DNA of 63,857 nt, the filler included, from Reticulomyxa filosa (lineage: Eukaryota > Protista > Foraminifera), in assembly GCA_000512085.1 (NCBI GenBank). It is 13 parts of 13 records of this genome, joined end to end, with 100 filler letters (N's around TTAATTAATTAA, not from the genome) between each part and the next. Parts side by side here need not be neighbours in the genome. Positions count along the whole stretch, not along the records: positions 19,401 to 34,582 come from ASPP01005133.1; positions 34,683 to 38,324 come from ASPP01018065.1; 11 more parts are not named here. One strand, written 5' to 3'. The notes below the pieces were generated by a model. The model was not told the origin of the DNA. It searched no databases and saw only the letters and a program-made list of their open reading frames with translations. Within the stretch, counting starts at the first letter, position 1; each line of letters starts with the position of its first letter. The position numbers and the translations under genes are program-made. This document shows, in pieces, positions 25,401 to 38,424 of the stretch.

Positions 25401-28400
25401 ACGGAGTGACATTCCCAGACACGGATCGCGATTGGACTACATTGACAGTCGATGACATCCAGCCGGGACAGCATGTGTATGTTACCCCTTATGCCTTGAC
25501 TTCGCCGATGATACATACGCCGTACATGGAGAAATTTGTCGGCCAGGTGGGCCGAGTGCGTTCGACGGACAAAGATGCCGAGTGTGTATTAGTTCAGTTT
25601 TACGATGAGTCGGAAAGTAACACCAATGCATATTGGTTCGAGTCGAGAGTCCTTCGCAGTGCACGACCGTTTTATTACATGAGCAAGTTCAGTGGATGGC
25701 TGGAGAGATATCTCAGTCGCACCGAATGTCTGCAAGCACTCATCGAAATGCAAGAGAAAGCCGTGCTGTTGGCCTTGCAACGAGGGCTGTTCACTTTGTG
25801 TTGTCAGCCAGAGAATCCCTTGCCCCGATTAAAACGCATGTTTTTGGAGCTTCAGCAAAAGGACTACGATGGTGTGGAGGGAAAGAGGCCAGGCAATGAA
25901 GACGCCGTGCCCTCTGTGTCTACGGCCGCTATCAGCAGAGATCCAATCGATTTTGTACTTTCGGCATTGAAACAAGCGATTCGCTTGCGAGAATTGGATA
26001 TGTTGGGCGAGCCATTGTCTGAGAGTGAGGAGCACATTGAACAATTGAACCATAATTTGCAAGAGTATGCACAAAAAGAGGGATTGAGCGAAATTGACTT
26101 GATGACCAAATGGATGCAAAAGCTTGACTATCGTCTCAACGTTGCCGCGACTTTCTATCGGAAAAACGTTTTGTTCCGACATTCCCGTGAATGCGACAGC
26201 AAATTACGAGGATACTCCAAAGCGGTATCCGTGTCAGGTGCATGCGCCCTTGTCATTGTCTTTAGCAAAGAGTCCGAGTTGCCAACGTCACAATATTCAA
26301 GTTAGCCTTTTTTTTTTTCTTTTGTCAGACAAAATAGTATCTTATTGATTGATAAGATGTATTTATTTATTTGTTTGCTTGTTTGTTGTTTGTCTTTAGC
26401 TCACAGCGTAGCGATTTATTCAGATGAAACGTGCCAATCACTTGTGAAAATGTATTCGGCAGGCCAAAAAGCAAAAGACGTCTTGTTGCCTGTTGTGGTG
26501 CCAGTCACGAATGTTGGGTCAAATTGTCTTATCCCGAAATATGCCCATTGATTGAGTTTGAGGTGGTGCCCATCCATCCCGACTTGGGATTGTCCTTTTG
26601 GTTGGTACGCTTTTTGTTGCAGTCGGTGACCATGAAGCCTTGCGCAGAGTCTTTGGAGCTGCTTCACAACATCCAAATGTGCGTGCGAATGATTCAATTA
26701 CTATGCGACCATTGGCAGCTGTTGACCTTGCAAATGTCTCCGCTGAAGCAGGCCTTGTTCACATTGATGTTCCAAATCCTTTCGACGATTAACGTGTTGG
26801 TGAAAGAGCATCGATCCAATCTGATGACTGTCGATATTCAAGATGTGATCGACAAAGGGTTGGAAGTGCTAAAGGAGTTGAATACGGAAGCACAAAAGAT
26901 GTTCGAGGTTGAAAGCAAGGGCGAAGTGACGACCTACTTCCAATTGCTCATGGACATGATGGTATTGGCGGACAAACTGCGCTCTTCTTCCTGCAAGCAA
27001 GTATCGAAAGTGTCATTTGGCATTGGCGGAGTAAGCGATGAAGAGGAGGAGGACAAAGAGGACGCCACCGAAAGTGACACCGTCACCGAGTGGGATTGTC
27101 CGGCATGCACATTGAAAAACCCTTTTGCCGAAGACAAGTGTGGGCTGTGTGGGGCCAGTCGTCCACCGCTCAAGCCCAAAGCCAAACGCGATACCAAAGG
27201 AATGAACGCCAACAAGCTTTTACAGCAATTGATCGGCTTGTCATCGGCGATCGAGTATTTCAAGAACATTGACAAATCGAACAAGTTTGCCACCGAGACG
27301 CTGTTCAAAGGAGCGTGGAATATCTTAAAGCAAGAGGACGACCCCACCAAGCAATGGTTTTTGATTAGCAATGTCCCTCCAGGCCCCGACGATAAGGTAA
27401 TAGATCTCCTTCGTCACTGCGTGTCGCGCATCGAGTCGGACAACCGAGTATCGATCAGTCACATTTATTTGGGAACAGACCCGCAGGCCAAGAAGCCGAT
27501 CACTCGTAAAAGGAAATTTGTGCAAAAGTATATCCCCTCGGATCCAAATCTCAAGGAGTGGGGAGAAAAAGGCATTGTCCATTTCATCGCCACCAATGGC
27601 AAGGCCCGAGCATGGAAGAACCCAATGGACGATGGACTGGTGCAAGTTCGAGTCAAAGGCTTGGCCCTGGGCAGCAGTCCGGCCAACAGCATTGTCAGTA
27701 ATAAGTCCGTCCGTTGCATGACGAAGTCGGAGCTGCACAGTTACGTTGTCGTTGACTTTGGCGAACGAAGAGTGTGTCCCTCATTTTACAAACTGCGACA
27801 CTACTCGTTCACCGATCGCGATGCGTTGCGCTTCTGGAGATTGGAAGGGTGTGCCGAAAACTGCTACTCGCAGTGGGCTGTAGGCGCATCGGCGACAGCG
27901 GATATCGACAGTGATAGCAAATGGGAGGTGTTGTGCGAACACAGCAATGACGAGTTGCTGAAGAAAGCTGGGGACATTGGCGGTTGGAAAATCGAGTCGA
28001 ATCAACCCAAACGGTTCTTCCACAAGTTCCGAGTGATTATCACCGGGGTGAATTCGAGCAACAATTTCGTCTTGGCTTTGTCCGGATTTGAGGTGTACGG
28101 ACACTTGGAAATGCCACCCACCGTCGCGCCGACCAAACAAAAGACTCATCGCTTTGCGGTTGTGGAGGTTGGCAATCCGAGCGTAGAGGTGTCCCAGGCC
28201 TTACTATCGATGAGTGGCATGGCAATCAAAGCGCCGTCGGGAACGGAACTCGAGTATGTGACGACGGAAAAAGAACCCCCGCTTCCTTCGCCTCGCCAAT
28301 TAAGCACACCAGCAGTGACGACCACCATTGGTATTCTCAATGCTGCGATCAAGACAACTCCGGAGCCTCCCAGGCTGGAAGATTTAATGGCCAATATTGT

Positions 28401-30680
28401 AATCCCGCCCAGCGAAGAAAGGTTCGTTGTTGATTCCATCGAAAGCGAATTGCAAGTGAAACGGTTCTCGGAACTGCCTGACGGACATATTCTCAAGGAT
28501 GTGTTTTTGAAAGACTTATTCCTGGTGTCCACTCAAAACGACAGAAACCAACACCGAGTACGCCCTTCCGGCGATTCCGGTCGAGAATTGAAAGACAAAT
28601 TGCAGGACCATTGGAGAGAACTGTTCCAGAAAAAATTAATTGGCGAAGGTCTGACGCGAGAAGAATTTGTCAAAATGATTAGTCCCACTGGCGAAGGCCA
28701 AGACTTGATTTTGTCGATTTGCGAGCAATTCGACATTCAGGACAATAGTCAACAGATATTGTGGGACCAATTCCACGACATTGTCGTCACTCTCATCAAA
28801 GTGAATCCAAAGATTGCTTTGAATTGGATCTTTGTCAATGGCTATGATCATCGTGGCTCCAGGAGGTTTGACAACAACTTTGACAACGCCTGGGCAGACC
28901 AAATGCATTCCAAGAAAAGGTAATTCGACAACATCCTCAAACGGACGCACTGCTACTCCGACACTGGAACGGTCTTGCCGAAAGCCTTGGCTTCAATTCC
29001 TTGCAGCAATTGAAACCTATTCATGTACGACACGTGTCCGAAGAGGAAGTGCAAAGCGATAGTCGATTGCGCGAACTTCTAAACCTGAAAGCGGAAATGC
29101 CAATTGAAACATTGCGATTGCGATTAAGTGCCTTTCAGATTTTAAACATGGTCATCAGCAAAACCTTAGCTTTTATTGATTTGTCGAGATATGAGATGCC
29201 GTCGTCTCTTGCGCATATGCTATGCATTGTTGGAGATGAGTACATTTTTACCAAAATGAAAACAGATTTCTTGCAAAATGTGATGGACGCCACGAGCGAG
29301 GCCGTCGAAAAAAAGCCGGTGGTGAGAATGAACAGAATGAGACTATTGAACAAATTGTCGACCGTCGGAACATTGGACTTTGCCACTGAATCCAACTTTG
29401 GATTTGGTTATCAGCAGTTGAGTCGAGTGGACGAGTCGCAACTACGTCCCCCCAAACCGCAAGGGGCAGATCCATTTGTGGCGTTTGTGTTGGACTTGAT
29501 TGGACAATTTGTGGAGGGTGATACCGGTCCGTATCGACAATACTTCAATGACGTCAGCAGCGAATTGCAGAGTCCGGAGTCGTATCTGTTCCAATTGACG
29601 CCCAACGGACGTAAGCCACAGCTGGATTTGATGAACAAGGACAAATATGTCATTCGTCCGTCACATCCCAATTTATTGCTTTCCGCAACTCAAGGCACGG
29701 AAGAGTCGAATGGAGGAATTGGTGGTGCTGATAAAACCAAGCAAGGCGTGCGCGAAGGCTTGAACATCCAATCCGCCAAAGATAGTGCCAATTTGAAAGA
29801 AGAGCAGTTTGGAATGTTTGAATTTTTGGGCAAGCTCATTGGCATGTGTTTGCGAACGGGAGTGAAGCTCAACTTGTCATTGCCTGCATTTTTCTGGAAG
29901 CCCTTGGTTGGGGTCAGCTGTGGACAGAGAGACCTGTATGAAATTGATACCACCTTATGCAAAGGATTGGAGGAAATTTGGAATTATCCCGTGGAAAGAA
30001 AACACGAATTTGAAAACGAAGTGAAAGAGACTTTCATGACAACACTGTCTGATATGACATTAGTGGAATTGAAACCCAATGGAAGCGACATCCCGGTCAC
30101 CTTTGAAAACCGTCGCGAATATGTTTCCTTGGTGTATCAAGTTCGATTAAATGAACACATGCCGCATGTGGAATGCATTCGTCAAGGAATTCACAAAATT
30201 GTTCCTATTCATCTGTTAACCTTGTTCACTTGGGAAGAGCTGGAAAGATTAATTTGTGGTATTCCAGATATTAACATTGATCTTCTCCGAAGACACACTA
30301 TTTATGACAAAGCCATTGATCCTAACAGCGAGTATATTGAATGGTTTTGGAAAATATTGCACGAGTTCTCACCCGAAAACAAACGCAAATTCATTCGATT
30401 TACATGGGCCCAAGAACGATTACCTAACAACGATGAAGAGTTTACAAGGCTGAGATTAAGATTTTTAATTAAACCTGTCATCAAGAGTGTGGCAAACATT
30501 GACCAGTCACTACCAAAGGCACATACATGCTTTTTCCATTTAGAATTGCCCAAGTACTCAACCAAAGAAATTATGAAAGAACGTCTATTACTGGCCATTA
30601 CAGAATCTCTTTCGATGAATGCTGACGAGCCTGGAAGAGATGATCTGAACCAAGCAATGCAAATAGAGGACGCATACTAA
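19401..30680 (+). CDS. Giant HECT E3 ubiquitin ligase with SPRY, RanBP2-type zinc finger and discoidin/F5-8C-like domains; 5'-truncated, multi-exon
   Basis: SPRY at about 22850-23310 (GRWYYEV..QLGW..GTGDDAYSWAYDG..WQQGDVVGC..FYLNG..LGVAF). ZnF EWDCPACTLKNPFAEDKCGLCG at about 27088-27155. Discoidin-like domain at about 27560-28110 (GIVHFIATNG..WKNP..VDFG..YKLRHY..LRFWRLEG). HECT at about 29400-30630 with GPYRQYF, FEFLGKLIG and LPKAHTCFFHLELPKYS (catalytic Cys at 30528). Confidence 0.92.
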
Positions 30681-31557
30681 CACAAAAGAAAACAATGTTT
30701 CTTATGAACGCTTTACATAAGCTCATAAAATAAATGCTATAAAAAAAATTTGTTCGATATTTTTTCTTTTTTGTTTTTTGTTGTACTGAATGAATAAAGG
30801 AACATGTGCAAATTTTGACTTTTTGTTTGGCTTTCTTTTTTGAAAAATGATTGACCAATCCGCTTTATGATCGAATGATTAAAACTATTGTTGCACTCAT
30901 ATGCCATTGAGCCATACTAACTATATTCATTTAATAAAAAAACATAAACGCTTGATTTGACTAAATGCGTCTAATGCACTTTAATACAATTATAAGAATA
31001 ATCTTACTAATTTCTTATGTTTGTCAAGGAACTTTCGAAATGAATTGCTTGTTTTTTAAAAAAATTCACCTCTTCACAAATTGCTTTAAAAAATGAAATT
31101 CAATACAGTATGTCAATAACAGAAGATTTACACGTACATATAAGTGCTTGATGATGCATAAATGAAAAATCAGCACAATTTATTGATAATATGTGAATTA
31201 AAATCAAGATTGCATTCACCAACAGTACTGTGATGTGATCGACAATTTATATCACAAACTCTATAGAAATATAATTTTTACAATCATGCTACTTACTAAA
31301 TGATTGATATAATTCACATTTCATAAGATAATACAGAATAACAATTATTTTGCAAGTATATACTTTTCATAGTGAAATTTCGACAACGTGATTACAATTT
31401 TCATGTTTCTTCACAATTAGTTACACAAATAGCAAACGTCATTAGTGTATATTATGCTTTTTTTAATTAGTGATATTCATAATAGTTGTAATCATATCAC
31501 TTCTCAACAGCAACAAAAGTTTTCCTAATTAAGGGATTAATAAAGAATGAACAAAAT

Positions 31558-32010
31558 TATTTGATATAATTTTTAATTAAATTGTTATTTTTATCACATA
31601 TTTTCAAAAATAAAATCCAAATTTTACACTTAGAAAAAAAAAATTTTAAAATTTACTGCCACTTGCATTTTTTTCATCTAGTTATTACACTACAAAGAAA
31701 AACGATGTGTCAGTTGAATTTGATCTTATTTGTTACTACTTTAAGTTTTGCTTCGATTAACTTGGATTATCACAAAGTTGATTGTCGGTTTTCTGTATTA
31801 CATTTTTTGTCATCATTTTTTAGTGTAGTCATAATGTTAATGCTAGTTACCAGTTACGTAAACGAATATTTTATATTTTTCATTTAAATATTTGATTGTT
31901 GTAATTTTTTTTAGGAAGAAGAAATAATAACCAGTACAATCATGATAATAATTATTATCACTACAGTTATTATAATCATGAACGTCGCCGCTTTAAACAT
32001 TTTTCATCAA
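31558..32010 (+). pseudogene. Degenerate copy A of a small hydrophobic membrane-protein gene or repeat; inverted paralog of 33815-34290
   Basis: QLNLILFVTTLSFASINLDYHK...FLSSFFSVVIML aligns with the minus-strand copy. Similarity extends into the upstream non-coding DNA and the putative intron. Confidence 0.55.
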
Positions 32011-32287
32011 TATGGACTTCAACCAGTGGTTTTATTAGATAAATTATCTTTTAGTTTTTGTGTGTAATAAGAAAGAACATTTTTTAATTAAAAAATTAAC
32101 TAAAATAAGTATTACCCAATTTTTAATAATTTGATTATCATTTTATTGAAGGTAAATTTAAATGAAATTGAATTTTAATAATTGTTTTGACAATAGCTTT
32201 TTTTTTATGTAACACTGAACAAAATTTTAGTGAAACTTAAAAAAAGGGTTTTTACATTTTTTTAAAACTCATCACAATCTTTTAATA

Positions 32288-33462
32288 ATGAACTCTTTAT
32301 TTCATCGGTTAGCAAACATTGGGACGGACTGGTTAAAGGCTTTAAAAACTGATGGTTATGTGATTTTGGACAATGTTGTTGAGCCACACTTTGCACAGAG
32401 TATGCTTTGTGAACTTAAACCTCTTCGAGTTATTATATTTATATCTTTTAATGAAATTTTTTTAAAATATGAAAAAATATTATATATAACATAAATAACT
32501 AGGAATTTGGACTCTTATATAAGTGCCATTCACATGTCCACAATAATAATGATAATACATATTTAATTGAAAAATCAAATGTTTGGGAATGTGAATTGCA
32601 TATGTATAAAGAATTACAAGATATATGTCCCGATTTAACTCGATTTCTTAATGATAAATCTTTATGCAATATATTTAATGATTCCAAGTTTTTTCCCTAT
32701 TCTTTTACTCATCATGTTAATAAATTATTATTTATTTGTTTATAATAAATATCAAAACATATAAATAAATATTCAAAATAATAAATATTAGACTTTAAAA
32801 TTATTATATAGTGAAAATGGTGGTTGTTTCCCACTTCATTTTGATTCTGATTATCGAATTGACCATAGAAGAATAACTGCAATTTTATATCTCAATGTAT
32901 GATATATATTTATATATTTGAATAATAATTAATTCATTAATAATAATAACAACAGGAACATTTAAATGATAATAATAATGACAATGATGATGACGAAAGT
33001 GAATCAGGAGGAGAATTAAAATTGTATCCAATAACACGTCCTTGTATAAAAATTCCAGCAAAATTTAATCGAATGGTATTATTTAGTAGTACATTAATGT
33101 TACATTCCACTTCTCCAACTCATTATCCACGTTATGCTTTAAATTTATGGTTACATTGTGATAAATCAAAATCTAACATTTCTATTGATACTAATCAATA
33201 CCAAACGCATTGGTGGAATAATCCAGAAAAAGTTAAATGTATGGCTAAATATATGTATCACAAAGAATGGAGGGATAGTATTCTTCGAGCTCATCAACCA
33301 ACTGATAACAAAGTTCAAACTCTTTTGAAATCTCATGATAGAGATTTACAGGTGTCTTTACACAAATTGAAACCTTGGATTAATGAGGTTTTTGCACATG
33401 CTCATCATATTCAAAATGGTGGAGTTGATAACACTCCCATTATTCCTTGGTTTTCTCTTTAA
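32288..33462 (+). CDS. 2OG-Fe(II) dioxygenase (prolyl-4-hydroxylase/EGLN-like fold), multi-exon
   Basis: ALKTDGYVILDNVV. An exon at about 32792-32896 reads GGCFPLHFDSDYRIDHRRITAILYLN (HxD). Then GGELKLYP..IPAKFNRMVLFSSTLMLHSTSP..RYALNLWL supplies the distal His and the 2OG-binding Arg. Confidence 0.85.
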
Positions 33463-33814
33463 CTTTTTTTATTTTTTATTTTACTACAATCAAATAAATT
33501 CATACAGACGTATGATCGATAAAAAAAGAAAAAGTACATATAATTCCCTTTCACAGGGCTCTCTTCTTGTATAAGTTTTGTCAAGATTTGTCATATCAAA
33601 CAGAAATTTAGGTATTGTACTATTTTTCTGGTTTATCATATGTGTCAAATAATAAATTAATGAAGATAAGCTCAAATTATAATTTTATATTGAAGTAAAA
33701 GCAATTTGATAAATTAAATTCAAATTTAAAGTTTTTTCAAAATTTATCAAGTCATCTAGTTAAAAACCTTTAGGATAATCAGATCAAACTTTTTCAAAAA
33801 ATAAAATTTCTACT

Positions 33815-34290
33815 TATTGTTGACTGTAATGAATATTGCCAAAATGACGACGTTCATACTGCTGATGATTGTGAATATAATTACTGCTTCTTCCTCCTAA
33901 CAGAAATAACAATAAATAAATATTCGAATAAAAAATATAAAAATATTTGTTTACTTAACTGGTAAGTGGCATTACCATTATGATCATACTAAAAAATGAT
34001 GATAAAAATATAATACCGAAAACTGACAATACAGCTTTGTAATAATCCAAGTTAACGGAATAAACTAGAGCAGCAAAACTTAAAGTAATAACAAACACGA
34101 TTAAACTCAACTGATAGGCATTTGAATCTTGGCATTTACGTACTAGTTGGCTTACATGTTTCATGTTCATCTTTTTTCTTTATAATAACTAGCTGGTAAA
34201 AAATTCAAAGGACAGTAAATTTAAAATTTTTTTTCTAAGTTATAAATATTTATATTTTATTTTTTGAAATTATATGATAAAAGTAATAAT
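33815..34290 (-). other. Copy B of the small hydrophobic membrane-protein gene (possibly intact, with an intron)
   Basis: MNMKHVSQLVRKCQDSNAYQLSLIVFVITLSFAALVYSVNLDYYKAVLSVFGIIFLSSFFSMIIMVMPLT, followed by a GT..AG intron and a further hydrophobic exon. Confidence 0.5.
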
Positions 34291-34682
34291 TTGATTAAAT
34301 CATATCAATAATTCATTCGTTCTTCAAATTACAAAATAAAATTAAAATATAATTGCTCAAACATATTTATAGTGGCAAATTCTTTTGATAAAACTAAAAC
34401 TTGGATTATAATAGTAAATTATTGATCATTTTGATTGAAATTGTGCATTAAAAAATTTTTTTTGAATATATATATCTTTCATCATTTTATATATTAATAT
34501 TGTTTCAAATATCTTTTTTTGATTTTTGAAATTGTAACGAAACAATTCAGACATATTCTATCTTTATAATATACATTGGATTNNNNNNNNNNNNNNNNNN
34601 NNNNNNNNNNNNNNNNNNNNNNNNNNTTAATTAATTAANNNNNNNNNNNNNNNNNNNNNNNNNNNNNNNNNNNNNNNNNNNN

Positions 34683-34692
34683 CAATAATTAC

Positions 34693-34749
<57 letters not shown>

Positions 34750-35869
34750 TGCCAATCCCAATCAAAATCCCAATGCTAATGCAAACAGTAGCACGGTGCA
34801 CATTAGAAACATTGTAGTTTCAAATAGTCGACCGCCAAGTAATTGGGCACAGGGTTTGAAAACAAAGCCGCAACATAGTGCTTCACCACAGGACAATAAG
34901 AGGCTAAACCCAACAGCAAGAGTGCTCTCCGACAAACAACAAGTGTCTGGTGCGACAAGAGTTCCTCCGCTTGGAACTGGACCTGGAGTTGGGGCTAAGA
35001 GAGTCCCTGCATCCGCAATGGAATCGCAAGCTGTCCAAAGCAGAGATCCCCCGCGAAATGAAGACAATACTGCCATGCTTGGAGTCAGAGGTGCGCCAAG
35101 GAACAAATCCAACGCAAACGATAAAACAGGTCAACTGACCAAACACGATTAAACTTGACTTTTATATTGGATGAGTTTGTTCGATTGATTCGACTATCAA
35201 TTAATCAAAATCTAATTTTCACACACAAAAAAAAAAAAAAAAAAAAGAAAAGGCTATGTTTCAAAACTTGTTGATTTCCTTTTTTTTTGTTGTTGCGTTA
35301 CTGTGTTTCTGTTTTGTTTTGGCTTAACATTTCTTCCATACTCACCTTTTTCTTTTTGCCTTTTGTGCGAAAAATGTGCAGAAAATCCTTTTGCCACAGA
35401 CGTAGAACGGTTAAGTCACGTTGTTCAAGTTGTGAATGCCCGAAACGAACGGGATATTGCCCCTTTACGTGCAGCATTGAAGGAGTTTCATGTTGAATAC
35501 CAATCCATTGAATCTCATAATGGATGTGTATTTATTGCGTTCTTTACCCCAAATCACGCTAAAAATGTAATTCGAACTTTTAAGCATCCTCATTTTTCAT
35601 TTCAGGAAATTACAAACGAAGCAATTTTGGCTTCCTTGAAAGAAGTTGTACCACCTGCTAAAAGACCACAAACCGATATGGTTGTTGGTGCTAGAAAAAT
35701 ACATCATTATTTGAGTGGGGCTGGAAATATGTCCCAACCACCTCAAAACAAGAATTTGCGTACTTTTGCAGAGGAAAAACAATTGAGAAATCAACAAAGG
35801 TTTGACAGGGATATCACAAATGCCCAATTTGAACAACACTGTACTGAGGCTTCCTCTTCATGGAAGTGA
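34683..35869 (+). CDS. R3HCC1/R3HCC1L-like protein C-terminal part (RRM-like domain plus conserved tail); intron 35130-35381
   Basis: The intron phase is consistent (ACAG|GT...TGCAG|AA). An RRM-like segment (HVVQV..VFIAFFTPNHAKNVI) is followed by PPAKRPQTDMVVGARKIHHYLSG and a charged tail ending in W, similar to the RPxT...ARR...LG tail of the R3HCC1 family. Confidence 0.5.
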
Positions 35870-36895
35870 GATTCGTTGTTTTATTTCTTTTGGATTTAAC
35901 AAAAAATTATGAACAATTACGCTTTTATTACCATTTTTATCTTTTTTTATTTTTATTCTTTTTTTTGTTTTTTTTTTTCCCCTCATTTGTTTATCCAAAA
36001 GTGTCGTATGTTTTTTTTTTTTTTGGTTTTCCATCCAATTCATGGAAGACAAACTGTTAACTAATGATTGATTGATGCAATTTTGAGAAAGACAAAAGTA
36101 CATTTAAAATCAATCAAACTGTGTCAAAAAGAAATGTTTTGTCTCAGGTGTTTATTTTTATTGCCTGTGCCAAATTAAAATTTTTGATATAGTTATCTTC
36201 TTTTTCGTTTTTTGTCTGTTTTGTTTTTGACAGTTACTGAAGAATGTTTATTGTACAGCCTTGACCATTGTTAAAAATGCTTATTTTGTTTGTTTTTTTG
36301 GTTTTTACTTTGTGGCAATACCTTTTATTCAATACTTTGTGATACAATTTAAGCAATGTAACTGGAAAAGAATTGAATGTTCATTTTATTGAAATTATGA
36401 TCTGCAAAAAAAGACCCTTAAAATAAATCCACTTGCAAATTTATTCGTGAACTTTTAAATATATTTTTAAAACAAATATAATGTTTTTCAGGCAAATTTT
36501 TTCTTTATTTTTTCATCGTTTTTTACACTTTTATCAAAACCAAATATATTTTCAAATTCTTCAGGACGTGTAGGTATCATTTCAAAGAATATTGAAAAAT
36601 GTTTTGGCATCTTGTGATTGCTTCCACAGTATAAATATTTAGGATTTGTCGAGAGGAGATTGTTGTGTATTGATTTAAACATCCCTAGCTCCTTTATCTG
36701 GCTTCACCAAAATTAAACATCTTAAAAAGGATTAACATTTTAGAAAAGTACACCACACAAGAAACAAAAAAATGGCGTTGGGACAATCGACCAGACAAAA
36801 ACGCGAGGGAAGGAGGAAAAAAAGATAAACTATTCCATTTTCAAATACAAGTGAAACAGAACTATTTTGTATGTGTTTCTTTTTTTTTTTTGTTA

Positions 36896-37978
36896 TTAGA
36901 CCCCAGCTCGCTTTAAAAAATACAATAATAAAAATAATGAAAGGCAAAAAGAAAAAGTGAATATGTTCAAAAAAGTCGTACCGGGAGGAACAGTTGCAAT
37001 GAAACAAATAGACAGACAAATAAAATATGTAAAGCAAAAAGAAAAGGGGTCATTTGTTTCATTGAGTTGATCCCTCTTGCAGCTGGGGATATTGTTTAAC
37101 GAATTTTCAATTTGCGAGCGTAAAACATACAATGGAATCAAAGTTTTATTGGACAACTTGCTTCCAGTCAAAGGAGAGATATCATTATTTCGCAGCCAAT
37201 CCTCAATGGCCATGCGTTCATAGACATGTCCATCAGCTGTCACAACGGGGTCTTTCATTATCGTCATCGTAATCGGACATAAAAATTCGTCAGGAATGCC
37301 ATTGGCAGTGGGGCTGTTATTATCCATTGTTGACGCTTTTCCGTCCTCGGTCGCCAATTTGTTTTCGTTTTGTTTGTCATTTTCAGAATGAATGCCATGC
37401 ACATTTCTGTGATGACTCGACATCAACATTGCTTCACGCGACTTCAATTCTCCCAACAAATTGCTGCAATTCGAGTGATATTTTGAAATGCTGTCATGCG
37501 TTACTTCCAATTGCTTCAATCTGGCCTGACATGTGACCAGCACCAGTTCCTGAATTGGCAACAATAAAAAGTTATCTTTAACAGTGGAAAGGTTGAAGTA
37601 ATTCAATACAAAAAATATAAAAATATAAATATATAAATATATATACATATATATATGTACGCATATAACAAAACTTGTTCTTGAATTTCACCTGTAACGG
37701 ATCGCTGTTGAGAGTCTAGAGTGTTAAGCAAACCCAGCAAAGCTTGGCGGATTTCTTGTAAGTGTTTCAAATTATTTAGTTTGCTGATATGCGCTTTGGT
37801 TTTGTCCATTTGAATTTGCCATTCGTTTAACCGCAGCATCAACTCATCTGGATTGGAGTTCCAGGATATAGTTTGCGAGGGTCTTCTTTTCGCATTCAGC
37901 TTGTCCATGATCGCCTTATTCCCTTCGTTTATATTTTCATTGATACTGTTATTATTGTTATTATTGTTGTTATTATTA

Positions 37979-38031
<53 letters not shown>

Positions 38032-38324
38032 GTTGTTGTTGTTAGCATTGATGGCATTAGTATCAATAGCAACATTTGGCTTGGTGTTGCTATTCTTGGT
38101 ACTGGTAAGGAGAGAAACAGCTTGTGGAGGAGGAGGCAGCTCCACTGCGGGCATGAAATCGGCCAGGGATTGATTCCTTTTTTTTTTGCGTGTCTAACAA
38201 GGACGAGGAATTGGGAATAGCGGCCAATTTGCAAGAGGAGCGTATGTTGGCATTTTCAGTGTGTTTGGAGGTCGCGCAAGATTTTTTTGCCAACTGCTGG
38301 TGCTGATGCTGTTGTTGTTGTTGT
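36896..38324 (-). CDS. U-box E3 ubiquitin ligase, 5'-truncated
   Basis: IPDEFLCPITMTIMKDPVVTADGHVYERMAIEDWLRNNDISPLTGSKLSNKTLIPLYVLRSQIE, preceded by a coiled coil and a poly-Asn tract. Confidence 0.9.
37948..38043. repeat. (ATT/GTT)n microsatellite encoding poly-Asn on the minus strand
   Basis: Directly visible trinucleotide run. Similar tracts occur at about 8355-8390, 12030-12125 and 34693-34750. Confidence 0.95.
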
Positions 38325-38424
38325 NNNNNNNNNNNNNNNNNNNNNNNNNNNNNNNNNNNNNNNNNNNNTTAATTAATTAANNNNNNNNNNNNNNNNNNNN
38401 NNNNNNNNNNNNNNNNNNNNNNNN

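Noticed and set aside
37853-38234. Poly-Leu/poly-Ile ORFs and other antisense or overlapping ORFs in the track
   Set aside because: They are shadow frames of microsatellites and of real exons on the opposite strand.
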